Below are positions 38,784 through 51,807 of a DNA stretch of 64,000 nucleotides, in pieces. The notes under the pieces were generated by a model that was given only the letters and a program-made list of their open reading frames with translations, had not been told where the DNA came from and did no database searches. A program made the translations under genes and the position numbers. Each line of letters starts with the position of its first letter. Position 1 is the first letter of the stretch. Location: positions 806,001-870,000 of the forward strand of contig JAUPSS010000004.1 in assembly GCA_040285825.1 (NCBI GenBank), in the 5' to 3' direction. The stretch is from Eukaryota sp. TZLM1-RC (Eukaryota; Protista; Metamonada: BaSk clade).

Positions 38784-40110
38784 CTACCTCTTCTTTCTTC
38801 TTTTTCCTCTTCATTTGGGTTTGTCCAAAATCATCATCTTCTTGAACCTTTGATAGGCTACAGTATTCTTCACAGTGTGCTCAAGTTGAGTAGTTTGGGT
38901 TACATCAGACTAAAGAATTAAAGCTTCTCCGTCAGTGACATCCAGAATGGCATCTATGAGGAGTTCGCCAGCATCGGCGGCTAAATAGGCGTTGAGAATA
39001 TGGTCTGGCAGGGAAGACAAGCAAGGTTTGATCAGATGAATAGAGGTTTTGATCTGATAAGTAGTAATAAGGTTTTCGACTAGGAGGGAGCTACGAGTTA
39101 GGTTCTGTTTGACGATGTAGGGACCAACAAATTGTCCATGTAATTTGTTGGGACTTTCTCGCAGAACGAAGACGCGGGAACCAGGTTGAGGGACAAACTT
39201 CGGCTCAGGAAATTCGGATTCGGATGGGGAGTTAACTGGGACAGATTTCCATTTGTTTATAATTTCAGAAGATAAGTTAGAGAGATACGTTAGGTAATCT
39301 GGCACGTCGGGTTGGTCTGGTCTGGGTTCCAGAGCTTTCAGTATATCTACCGGTAACAAACGGGGAGATACATCAGAGCCAAACATTAGTTCATAAGGAC
39401 TTGCGTTGAGAGATTTCCGGTGATTGCTATTTGCTATCATTTGGCAGAACGGGAGGTAATCGGACCAATTTTCGTAATCGGCAAAGTCCAGAAGAATCTT
39501 TCTTAGATTCTGGAGGATGACACGGTGTTGTCTTTCAACCAAACCATTGGATTGGTGAAAGTGTGGAATGGAGGTGGTATGGGTTATGTTTAAGAGTTGA
39601 CACAACGAGGCGAAGACAGCGTTTCAGAACTCAGTACCATTATCTGAGTGGATTGATTTTGGCGCTCCAAATATTGCGTAAACGTGGGTTAGGATCGAAT
39701 CAGCTACAGTGACGGCTTTGATATCGCGCACTGGGGCAAGAATGCTGAATTTGGTGAAAGCATCGACAAAATGAAGTACATATGTGGTTTGCCGAGAATG
39801 GGGTTGGAATGGACCAATAGTATTACAGTGCAGATACTCGAAAGGTCTGTGGAAACGGGACAGAGATCCAGAGGCGGAGATCTGGGCCTTGGGGACATCA
39901 GCGTTCTTCTGGCAGGGAATGCAACTTCGAACAAGGAGTTCAAGGTCTGCTTTCATAGTGGGCCAGTAAAAATCGGACTTCTTAAAGGACTTCCAGGAGT
40001 TAGAGAGAGAGATGGTTGTCCGGCTTCGGTGGAACCATGGATGTGGTTCAGAATCCCTGGGACCATTGAGCGTGGGATCAGGATCTTCTTTGATGGGGTT
40101 AGCTTCAGGC
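38780..40110 (-). pseudogene. Gypsy integrase with GPY/F motif and possible chromodomain-like tail
   Basis: HIHG..AGQP..FYWPTM..CIPCQ zinc region; HCNTIGP (first Asp reads Asn), SDNGTEF, NGLVER, GPY; tail LLIDAILDVTDGEALIL*SDVTQTTQLEHTVKNTVAYQRF. Confidence 0.85.
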
Positions 40111-42752
40111 CAGTCTTTGTATTAAAAATGCAACCAGAAGAGAGTTCGTCATCGTCAGGGAGCTTTTGTTGCTCATAGAAGATTTTTTAGAAAAGCTTCA
40201 GCAGGGGATGAACAGGCTTCAGATGTAATTGGTTCGGAGGCAACTTTTTGAGTGTCTTCTGTTTCTGCAACGTCTTCTGTTACTTCATGGGGAATTTGGG
40301 ATCTTGTTGTTACGTTGACTATGGAGCAAGCAAGTTCGGGGAATAGGTCAGGAACTTGGAATGGAATGAGAGAAAACATTTCTTTGCTATACGTTCCGTC
40401 AGGAAGCGATCTTGGGAGAACCACGGCTTGACGTTTTCTATTGTAGAAGGCAACCTTATAATTAAAAGAAATAGTATCTAACGGTTTAGCTATACGGATG
40501 TAATTGTCAATGGTAAGTTCATCTAACAGCGAACGGCGAATAGTGTAGACGTGAGGGCAGAAATTACAGGAATGGAGTTTCTGGGAGAGAAAGTAGCCAG
40601 AGCGTTCTTCAGAGTCGTAACCAGTTACTTGATGGAAAGGGATTTTTCCATCATCAGTGGAGATCATAGAGTTTACTAATTTAGCGTCAGCTGTTCTGGT
40701 CTTTCTCTTCTTCTTTTCATCAACAGGAAAGGATCGAGACATGTAACCGGCCCAATGATTTTTGGGTCCCTCAACATGGATACAGTCAAATGAGTAGGAC
40801 TGAAATACGGGAATCCAACGCAGAACAACGCGGTTGGAGTCGGGGCAAGAAAGCAGATAGGATAGATTTTTGTGGTCACAAAATAGGGTTAAATGTTTAG
40901 TCTTCAGGAAGGATGAGAGGTTTGGCTGGTTTAAAGTCATTACAATAGCAAATAATTCCTTCTGTATAGCTGACCATCGCTGCTGAGAAGGGGTGAGTAT
41001 CCTGGAATAAAATGACAGAGGGGCTACATTTCTTTCAGAGAGACAGGTTCCAGGTTCGGATGGGGAAAGTTCTTTCCAGATAATGCCGGCGATGTCTTTC
41101 TCGGAAGCATATTTGAGAACTATCATCGGGAAGTTCTAGTGGTACACTATTTGATATCAACTTCTTAATGTTCTGAAAGCATTCAATCTGTTGTTGATTC
41201 AAGTGTATCTTGCGAGGAGATCCTTTCAGCAGTTCAGTGAGCGGGGCGAGTTCAGTGCTTACAGCAGGTAACCAATGTCGAACGAAGTTGATTGCACCAA
41301 AAAAGGAATGTAGTTCTGGGACGGAAGTTGGGATAGGAATTTTGTTCAGTTTTTCAATTTCAGATGGGCAGATTCTTCGAGTACCTTTTTCGAAAATAGT
41401 TCCTAATACACGAATTGGATAGTCTTTGGTCTGAAAGGCTAAATCTTCAGTGTCAGAAGAACTGGAGTAGGTTACAGTACGAGAATAATAAGTTTCGTCG
41501 ATTGAGTAGTCATCCTTTAATCCTTCCTTAATGGATTCGACGATAGAATTTGATTGGGTCTTATTACGGGTAGAATGAGTTCTAGAGTGAGTAGGGTTCC
41601 TTGGATTCTTATAAAGTTTCTTCTTGTTTACTTGGCTCAATTTGCAATTAGGGTCAGGGCAATCGCGGACTACGTGTCCGGGTTTCTTGCAATAGTTACA
41701 AATGGTTTCAGAAAGGGGAGATTTGTTGGAGCAATCTGTTCGGGCTTGTGGTTGAGTAGATCGGGAAGCATTACTTTTAATGCTTCGTGGCTCTTGGTTT
41801 GGAGTTACGTATTTCCTATTAGGAGTTCTTTGGGACCTTTGGTTATTTATTCTTCGATTAGAGTTTCTAGAGTACTTGTTTGCTAGTCTTTCTTCAAATA
41901 GCTGGTAATGTTTGGAATAAGGTCTATGATATTCAGGCAAGAGGTCAGTTAATCGCTTAAGGATTTCAGGGATAGAGGAGATAAGGAAGTCTTCTGCTTC
42001 AGACTTCATTAACCTTTTTAAAGGTTTAGGACGGGTTCCATTCAGGAATTTACGGGTCAGAGCTTGGCTATTGCTCTGCAGAGTTGGGGTCTTCCGGGTG
42101 ACTTTCATAAAATCACGGGTATACTTCGAAATGGCCTCTTCAGCATCTCGGCAGTTCAGGTTCAGGGTAATACAATCATACAGCTTGTAGGCTTAAGCTG
42201 TATCCTCTGTGTTAGTACAGGACAGGATATAATCGAGAATCTTTTTCGCTTTCTTTGAGGAAATATGGTGAATAATCAGCAATGTATCGAGAACTTCAGG
42301 GGCGATACATCTTGGGATCTATTGTAACATCAGGGCTTCAGCATCAGCAACAGAGTTATGAGCATCCACAAGCTCATACAAATTTTCAGGGTTCTCATCA
42401 TCTTCAGAGAACAGGTCAAGAGACTCAGGTTCAGGAGCTTCGTCAATAGAATCATAGAGATTGTATTGAACTTCTTCAGGATTTTCTTCTTCTTCATGGT
42501 CTGCTTCGACGGGATTGAATTCTTCGGCGGACTGAGCTACTTCGACGGGTTCTCTGTGGCGAGCAGAGCGGCGAGAGGAACGAGAGCTGCGTCGGGAAAG
42601 CTGAGCATTAGTTGAAGAGGTGGGACGGGACAGGAACATACGGATAGCAAGTCACGCAATTCTTCGGCAAAGCGAGCACAAAAAGTGCGGTCAGCATTGC
42701 GAAGAATTGGAGCAACTAGGCTTGGATTATTCTTGGGGGCCACTGTAATTAC

Positions 42753-42938
42753 TGTTGGGACAACAAAGGGATGTATCAGGTAATAAACTAGGAAACAGGG
42801 TGTTTATTACAGCGGGTGTGAATAATCAGGAGAATTTGAACAAGAGTCTAGATAAATAAGTGATGACGTGGCATCACGTGGTACTGTAACTACTAATAAA
42901 CAATCATAAACTATAACCTATTTTGGCATAAGCCTACA
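42753..42938 (-). repeat. 5' LTR, copy 1 (further copies at 49214-49399 and 55674-55859)
   Basis: TG..CA, 186 bp, directly upstream of gag. Confidence 0.95.
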
Positions 42939-43789
42939 GTTTAACCGCAATCTGATGCTTTGGTCTGACGCATCTTGTCCACTTGTTCCATAGGTTTGTC
43001 ATAACTAGTGTGACCTGGAACGCCATCTAAAGTGGGGTCAACTTCACGTCCATTTCGAGTGATACTAGGAAAACAACGAAAAGGACTGCATCTGATGTTT
43101 GTGGTGGTTTCGGATGTCTCAGCCATGCTAGGGGGTCGAAATCCACCGCGTTTGATGGGAGAAGGATGGGAGAAGAAGTGTCGAGATCCGAAACGCACAA
43201 ATCACCAGAGAGGGGTTTGGGGATGGAGGGATCAGGAGAGAGTACTTGACTCCTGGGGACCCAAAAAACGCAATGTTTACCGTTTTCATCCCCTCCATGA
43301 ACAGGTTTTGCGAGAACGTCTGGGGGCGGTTTCGGGATTATTTGAGAGGCTTCTGACAGTAGGAAGGTTTTCCAACGAGTTACACGCTCTAGATAACTCG
43401 TGATCGTAAGCACTGCGAGTGGCGAAAACTTGGTCTGACTGGGTTCAACAGCTGATGCTTTATCCAAGCGAACCTCATACATATGACGAACCTTAGAAAA
43501 AGAAAGCTTCGGGACATCTTAGGTAACAATGTCTGTCGTCCACGTTTTGCTACAGAGCAGTACTGTTCCTTCAACGTTTTCTCCAGTTGGTCGCCACTAT
43601 AATTCTGTCTTAATTTTGATAAATCAGACTGAATTTTAAAAATGGAATTTTCCAAGTGGCAAAACTAGATTTGGGTACATGCTGCCACTGTGGAACCTTA
43701 CATTATCTAAAGCTACATTGTTGTGTAACTGTTTGGCAATGTCTTTAGATCATCCAGCCTTCAGCATCTTCTGATGAACATTTATAGAC

Positions 43790-44910
43790 GCTGAACGAAT
43801 GTCTCCCATCTCTTCATCAAATTCTTCTTGTGTCGAAGCTTTTGCCGCTTTCCATATTAACCCTGTGTATTTTGGTTCCCATATTTTTGGCCAAATGTCT
43901 CACACAGTATGCGTGATTGGTAGTCGGATAGATTGTAGCAACTGCATCGAATAATCCCTTTTCTTGATCTGAAATAATTGTCGCTATCTCGTCACCATAG
44001 CTCTTTCAAAGTTTTCGCAAAACCACGACCAATTTATTTTGTTTTCGGTAGGGACTACGGCGAATAACAATGGGAATAAATGTTCTTCTGCATCAATCAC
44101 TGTTGAAGTCAGTAAAAACATGTTTAAATTTGGTCCGTAGATGTGTTCCATCAAGCAATACCATTGGGCGACAAAAGTGAAACCCAGCGATTGTGCCCTC
44201 TAATGCCACAAACAAACGGTTGAACTGTCCATGTCTGTTTGTTCGAGACTGACTAGACTTCCAGGGTTCTCTTTCTCTAATAGGCTCAGATACAAGATAC
44301 GAGTAGCATAGTTGTCTTCTTCACTGCCATTAAGCTTTTCTTTTACTTTCTGGCGTACTTTTTTCACTGTATGCTTAAGAAGCTGCATGTCAGCAATATC
44401 ATTGAGATCAAGACACACAAGTTCAGCACTAATGGCAGGGTTTTCAACTACTTTTTGTTGAATAATTTGAATTGATGCTAGAAAATCAGTGGCGGGAGGA
44501 GTTTGTTTAAAAGAAGAAGAAAGATCGCCTGTGTAAAAGTGATCTGTCCATCGTTGTTAGAGTTTTTGCGAGGTGACATATAGCAGTCGAAGATACACGA
44601 TTTATCTTGGCATCGTGCATGTATCTTGGTGTACTCGGAGTTTTTGAACACATGGACGGCAATGTTATTGGTTGATGCTCTTCGGATAAGTTCTTTGAAT
44701 ACAAGACATGGTGATTTTGTACCTGACTGTGTAGTGTAACTGATGCCAATGTGTTTTACTTCAATATCGTTGCTGGTATACGAACTGGTAGACATGAATA
44801 TGGTATAAGTGATTTAATGTATTGATGGAATGGGGTATACGAATTCCTTTTTATGTCAGGGGTATACGATTTCCATTTTTTGTGAAAAACGGTATATAAA
44901 TGCTTTTCCC
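43790..44910 (-). mobile_element. Mutator-like (MULE) transposon, 5' end plus frameshifted transposase, copy 1
   Basis: FCRPMVLLDGTHLRTKF, FPLLFAVVPTENKINWSWF, IISDQEKGLFDAV, HAYCVRHL; terminus GGGAAAAG at 44910; subterminal ggggtatacga repeats. Confidence 0.9.
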
Positions 44911-45347
44911 ATTATGTTATAATGTAAACCAGGGCCAGCAACTGAACTCAAACGCAATCGATTTATGGTAAAGAGGATCAATTAGGACAACCAAGATCTT
45001 TTCAAAACCCAAGTTGAGGCTTTTAATATACCTTAAGATCAAGCAAACCTATTCCTAAGTTACCTGTACACTCTCACCATTAAAGGTCATACTATAGTTA
45101 TTAGCTTTTGTCTTGAAGAACGAATAAGGGTTCTTTAAAAGTGTTTTTGATGTATATATGAATACAAAGTGGTTCAAAATGCACTGGGAAAAGGGAACAA
45201 AAGTAGCCTTCAAACTAGCAATAGGGGTGAGTCTCTGTCGTCTGAAGGTATGCGAATGGGCTTCCTGAAGGTAATTTTGGATTGTTGATCCGCAACAAAA
45301 GATGTAGGTACTATTCCCTTAAATAAGAGTCACTCTTCCACTGATGA

Positions 45348-48300
45348 TTTCCATCATCAGTGGAGATCATAGAGTTTACTAATTTAGCGTCAGCTGTTCT
45401 GGTCTTTCTCTTCTTCTTTTCATCAACAGGAAAGGATCGAGACATGTAACCGGCCCAATGATTTTTGGGTCCCTCAACATGGATACAGTCAAATGAGTAG
45501 GACTGAAATACGGGAATCCAACGCAGAACAACGCGGTTGGAGTCGGGGCAAGAAAGCAGATAGGATAGATTTTTGTGGTCACAAAATAGGGTTAAATGTT
45601 TAGTCTTCAGGAAGGATGAGAGGTTTGGCTGGTTTAAAGTCATTACAATAGCAAATAATTCCTTCTGTATAGCTGACCATCGCTGCTGAGAAGGGGTGAG
45701 TATCCTGGAATAAAATGACAGAGGGGCTACATTTCTTTCAGAGAGACAGGTTCCAGGTTCGGATGGGGAAAGTTCTTTCCAGATAATGCCGGCGATGTCT
45801 TTCTCGGAAGCATCAGTAGAGAAATATTTGAGAACTATCATCGGGAAGTTCTAGTGGTACACTATTTGATATCAACTTCTTAATGTTCTGAAAGCATTCA
45901 ATCTGTTGTTGATTCAAGTGTATCTTGCGAGGAGATCCTTTCAGCAGTTCAGTGAGCGGGGCGAGTTCAGTGCTTACAGCAGGTAACCAATGTCGAACGA
46001 AGTTGATTGCACCAAAAAAGGAATGTAGTTCTGGAACGGAAGTTGGGATAGGAATTTTGTTCAGTTTTTCAATTTCAGATGGGCAGATTCTTCGAGTACC
46101 TTTTTCGAAAATAGTTCCTAATACACGAATTGGATAGTCTTTGGTCTGAAAGGCGCATTTGTGTAGGCCAATTCGCACACGGTAATCTCGGGCTCTCGTA
46201 AATATATATTCTAGGCGGTTCAAGAAATCTCTTTTACTTTCTGCAGCAACGATTATATCATCGAGATAAATGAATACTCCGTTACAATCGAAGATTTTTC
46301 TCATTAAGTTTTGGAAAATTGCTGGGACGTTCTTCAGTCCGAAAGCGGCACGGGTAAACATTACCTTCCTTCCAGGTATTACAATGGCTGTTTTAGGTTG
46401 GTCTTCTGGGCGTAAATTTAATTGCCAAAAGGCTTTGGGTAGATCTAGTGTTGATACATAGGTGGCAGACGACAAGAAGGCGCAGACGTCTTCAATCCTG
46501 GGGAGATCAGCGGTAATGGGGACAGGTAGATTGTTGATACCGTTGTGGCCGGAATAATCTCCGGTTAGTCATGGTGCCTTACCGGGGGCACAAACGAGGT
46601 GGATTGGAGAGGCGAAAGGACCGCCATAAGGGACAGCAAAACCATTCTTCAGTAGAGTATCAATTTCTTCATTAGCAATCTTTAGTTTGTCGGGGGGTTA
46701 GGAATCTAGCTTTCTTACTAACAACAGCTGATTCATCATGGAATTCCAACTTCATAGGTTCACACTTAATTCCTTCAGGAGCAGGTAGTTTAGCAAAGAT
46801 ATCGGGGTATTTAAGTAACATTTTCTTAACTGCTACGGTCAGGGCAGTATCATTGAGATTGAAGCTGGTGTTCTCAATGTCAGGTAACTGCTTTAATAGA
46901 TCGTCACTTAAAGCTTGGACGAATTCAGGGCAGTCGTGGTATCAGTTAGGTCGTCGTTTGAGCAAACGTTCTGAGAATCAGGAAGGAAACAGTCAAAGAT
47001 AGATTCATCTTCTTGAATTTGTAAGTTGCGAGTTGAAAGATTAATAAACAGAAAATCTTCAGTTAATAGACCAAGGCGTTTCAGGGCATCACAACCGAGA
47101 ATAAAATTGTTTGGGGCAGGGTAATAGACAGAGTCTCAAGGTTATATAGGTTAGTTTAGCGGTTCCTCCTAACATGAAAGCGAATCTTCCTTTGGCTAGC
47201 TTAACATCAATTAGCTTCCCATCAGCTAAACTTAAACAGGTGGACTTGTTTTCTACATGGAGCTTGGCGAAATCAGCGATTCCTTCGGAAATACAGGATA
47301 CGGTTGCTCCAGTGTCAACCATACCATATAGAAAGTGATCAGGTTTGGTAAAGATCTTCAAATGTAACAGGTTTTTGTCCATAGGTTGATTCAGTTCTTT
47401 CAGCGTGAAAGAGATCTTAGACTTATCAGGGATTATCAGATAGGCAGGGGCAGGGGCGGAGACTTTGGCTGCGACTAAAGTATTTGCAGATTCAGTTGCT
47501 GAACTTTCAGAAGATTCTTCGAGAGAGGAGTTTTTATCAGATGGACCAAGTCGTTTTGCACAGTCAGCGTCCAGGAGGGCCATATCAGAATCGAGGTGAG
47601 AACTTGCTCTCTCCAGCGAGAAATCATGGATGTTATCCCTCAGGGCTTTCCTCTGGTCATGTATCTGATGAAAATCAGTCTCAAAAGAGTTTCTGGAAGT
47701 TAGTGAAGAATCAGTTACCTTTTCAACAACAGAAGCTTCGCAGGAGCTCACCCTTTCGTCCTGGATCATGGCTGCCCGCAAAAATTTCAGGACTTCGTTT
47801 ATAGCACAACGAGCTGAAGCAAGGGCTAGGAGAGTTTGAAGTGTCTTCAGAGTAGCTATCGAAGTTTATTGAAAGAGGGTTTAATGATACGTTATAAGCT
47901 AAATCTTCAGTGTCAGAAGAACTGGAGTAGGTTACAGTACGAGAATAATAAGTTTCGTCGATTGAGTAGTCATCCTTTAATCCTTCCTTAATGGATTCGA
48001 CGATAGAATTTGATTGGGTCTTATTACGGGTAGAATGAGTTCTAGAGTGAGTAGGGTTCCTTGGATTCTTATCAAGTTTCTTCTTGTTTACTTGGCTCAA
48101 TTTGCAATTAGGGTCAGGGCAATCGCGGACTACGTGTCCGGGTTTCTTGCAATAGTTACAAATGGTTTCAGAAAGGGGAGATTTGTTGGAGCAATCTGTT
48201 CGGGCTTGTGGTTGAGTAGATCGGGAAGCATTACTTTTAATGCTTCGTGGCTCTTGGTTTGGAGTTACGTATTTCCTATTAGGAGTTCTTTGGGACCTTT

Positions 48301-49399
48301 GGATATTTATTCTTCGATTAGAGTTTCTAGAGTACTTGTTTGCTAGTCTTTCTTCAAATAGCTGGTAATGTTTGGAATAAGGTCTATGATATTCAGGCAA
48401 GAGGTCAGTTAATCGCTTAAGGATTTCAAGGATAGAGGAGATAAGGAAGTCTTCTGCTTCAGACTTCATTAACCTTTTTAAAGGTTTAGGACGGGTTCCA
48501 TTCAGGAATTTACGGGTCAGAGCTTGGCTATTGCTCTGCAGAGTTGGGGTCTTCCGGGTGACTTTCATAAAATCACGGGTATACTTCGAAATGGCCTCTT
48601 CAGCATCTCGGCAGTTCAGGTTCAGGGTAACACAATCATACAGCTTGTAGGCTTAAGCTGTATCCTCTGTGTTAGTACAGGACAGGATATAATCGAGAAT
48701 CTTTTTCGGTTTCTTTGAGGAAATATGGTGAATAATCAGCAATGTATCGAGAACTTCAGGAGCGATACATCTTGGGATCTATTGTAACATCAGGGCTTCA
48801 GCATCAGCAACAGAGTTATGAGCATCCACAAGCTCATACAAATTTTCAGGGTTCTCATCATCTTCAGAGAACAGGTCAAGAGACTCAGGTTCAGGAGCTT
48901 CGTCAATAGAATCATAGAGATTGTATTGAACTTCTTCAGGATTTTCTTCTTCTTCATGGTCTGCTTCGACGGGATTGAATTCTTCGGCGGACTGAGCTAC
49001 TTCGACGGGTTCTCTGTGGCGAGCAGAGCGGCGAGAGGAACGAGAGCTGCGTCGGGAAAGCTGAGCATTAGTTGAAGAGGTGGGACGGGACAGGAACATA
49101 CGGATAGCAAAGTCACGCAATTCTTCGGCAAAGCGAGCACAAAAAGTGCGGTCAGCATTGCGAAGAATTGGAGCAACTAGGCTTGGATTATTCTTGGGGG
49201 CCACTGTAATTACTGTTGGGACAACAAAGGGATGTATCAGGTAATAAACTAGGAAACAGGGTGTTTATTACAGCGGGTGTGAATAATCAGGAGAATTTGA
49301 ACAAGAGTCTAGATAAATAAGTGATGACGTGGCATCACGTGGTACTGTAACTACTAATAAACAATCATAAACTATAACCTATTTTGGCATAAGCCTACA
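45348..49399 (-). mobile_element. Gypsy copy 2: 5' LTR, gag, protease, RT, RNase H; no integrase
   Basis: CCHC knuckle, DTGA, LDLPKAFWQ, FGLKNVP, YLDD, TDAS; several frameshifts and stops. Confidence 0.95.
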
Positions 49400-50249
49400 G
49401 TTTAACCGCAATCTGATGCTTTGGTCTGACGCATCTTGTCCACTTGTTCCATGGGTTTGTCATAACTAGTGTGACCTGGAACGCCATCTAAAGTGGGGTC
49501 AACTTCACGTCCATTTCGAGTGATACTAGGAAAACAACGAAAAGGACTGTCCCTGATGTTTGTGGTGGTTTCGGATGTCTCAGCCATGCTAGGGGTCGAA
49601 ATCCACCGCGTTTGATGGGAGAAGGATGGGAGAAGAAGTGTCGAGATCCGAAACGCACAAATCACCAGAGAGGGGTTTGGGGATGGAGAGATCAGGAGAG
49701 AGTACTTGACTCCTGGGGACCCAAAAAACGCAATGTTTACCGTTTTCATCCCCTCCATGAACAGGTTTTGCGAGAAGGTCTGGGGGTGGTTTCGGGATTA
49801 TTTGAGAGGCTTCTGACAGTAGGAAGGTTTTCCAACGAGTTACACGCTCTAGATAACTCGTGATCGTAAGCACTGCGAGTGGCGAAAACTTGGTCTGACT
49901 GGGTTCAACAGCTGATGCTTTATCCAAGCGAACCTCATACATATGAGGAACCTTAGAAAAAGAAAGCTTCGGGACATTTTAGGTAACAATGTCTGTCGTC
50001 CACGTTTTGCTACAGAGCAGTACTGTTCCTTCAACGTTTTCTCCAGTTGGTCGCCACTATAATTCTGTCTTAATTTTGATAAATCAGACTGAATTTTAAA
50101 AATGGAATTTTCCAAGTGGAAAAACTAGATTTGGGTACATGCTGCCACTGTGGAACCTTACATTATCTAAAGCTACATTGTTGTGTAACTGTTTGGCAAT
50201 GTCTTTAGATCATCCAGCCTTCAGCATCTTCTGATGAACATTTATAGAC

Positions 50250-51369
50250 GCTGAACGAATGTCTCCCATCTCTTCATCAAATTCTTCTTGTGTCGAAGCT
50301 TTTGCCGCTTTCCATATTAACCCTGTGTATTTTGGTTCCCATATTTTTGGCCAAATGTCTCACACAGTATGCGTGATTGGTAGTCGGATAGATTGTAGCA
50401 ACTGCATCGAATAATCCCTTTTCTTGATCTGAAATAATTGTCGCTATCTCGTCACCATAGCTCTTTCAAAGTTTTCGCAAAACCACGACCAATTTATTTT
50501 GTTTTCGGTAGGGACTACGGCGAATAACAATGGGAATAAATGTTCTTCTGCATCAATCACTGTTGAAGTCAGTAAAACATGTTTAAATTTGGTCCGTAGA
50601 TGTGTTCCATCAAGCAATACCATTGGGCGACAAAAGTGAAACCCAGCGATTGTGCCCTCTAATGCCACAAACAAACGGTTGAACTGTCCATGTCTGTTTG
50701 TTCGAGACTGACTAGACTTCCAGGGTTCTCTTTCTCTAATAGGCTCAGATACAAGATACGAGTAGCATAGTTGTCTTCTTCACTGCCATTAAGCTTTTCT
50801 TTTACTTTCTGGCGTACTTTTTTCACTGTATGCTTAAGAAGCTGCATGTCAGCAATATCATTGAGATCAAGACACACAAGTTCAGCACTAATGGCAGGGT
50901 TTTCAACTACTTTTTGTTGAATAATTTGAATTGATGCTAGAAAATCAGTGGCGGGAGGAGTTTGTTTAAAAGAAGAAGAAAGATCGCCTGTGTAAAAGTG
51001 ATCTGTCCATCGTTGTTAGAGTTTTTGCGAGGTGACATATAGCAGTCGAAGATACACGATTTATCTTGGCATCGTGCATGTATCTTGGTGTACTCGGAGT
51101 TTTTGAACACATGGACGGCAATGTTATTGGTTGATGCTCTTCGGATAAGTTCTTTGAATACAAGACATGGTGATTTTGTACCTGACTGTGTAGTGTAACT
51201 GATGCCAATGTGTTTTACTTCAATATCGTTGCTGGTATACGAACTGGTAGACATGAATATGGTATAAGTGATTTAATGTATTGATGGAATGGGGTATACG
51301 AATTCCTTTTTATGTCAGGGGTATACGATTTCCATTTTTTGTGAAAAACGGTATATAAATGCTTTTCCC
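50250..51369 (-). mobile_element. MULE remnant, copy 2
   Basis: Duplicate of 43790-44910; ORF 50444-50674 carries LLDGTHL. Confidence 0.9.
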
Positions 51370-51807
51370 ATTATGTTATAATGTAAACCAGGGCCAGCAA
51401 CTGAACTCAAACGCAATCGATTTATGGTAAAGAGGATCAATTAGGACAACCAAGATCTTTTCAAAAACCCAAGTTGAGGCTTTTAATATACCTTAAGATC
51501 AAGCAAACCTATTCCTAAGTTACCTGTACACTCTCACCATTAAAGGTCATACTATAGTTATTAGCTTTTGTCTTGAAGAACGAATAAGGGTTCTTTAAAA
51601 GTGTTTTTGATGTATATATGAATACAAAGTGGTTCAAAATGCACTGGGAAAAGGGAACAAAAGTAGCCTTCAAACTAGCAATAGGGGTGAGTCTCTGTCG
51701 TCTGAAGGTATGCGAATGGGCTTCCTGAAGGTAATTTTGGATTGTTGATCCGCAACAAAAGATGTAGGTACTATTCCCTTAAATAAGAGTCACTCTTCCA
51801 CTGATGA

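Larger units (their letters stand above)
38598..42938 (-). mobile_element. Ty3/gypsy LTR retrotransposon, copy 1 (both LTRs; protease and most of RT deleted)
   Basis: 186-bp TG..CA LTRs at 38598-38783 and 42753-42938, TSD gttt on both sides, PPT at ~38784-38811. Gag CNYCKKPGHVVRDC, RNase H, integrase (CIPCQK, HSDNGTEF, SNGLVER, GPY). A 1745-bp deletion lies at ~41439. Confidence 0.95.

Noticed and set aside
41035-42108. Novel Gag-RT-thumb fusion protein
   Set aside because: It results from the 1745-bp deletion in copy 1, and upstream gag is already broken by stops and frameshifts.
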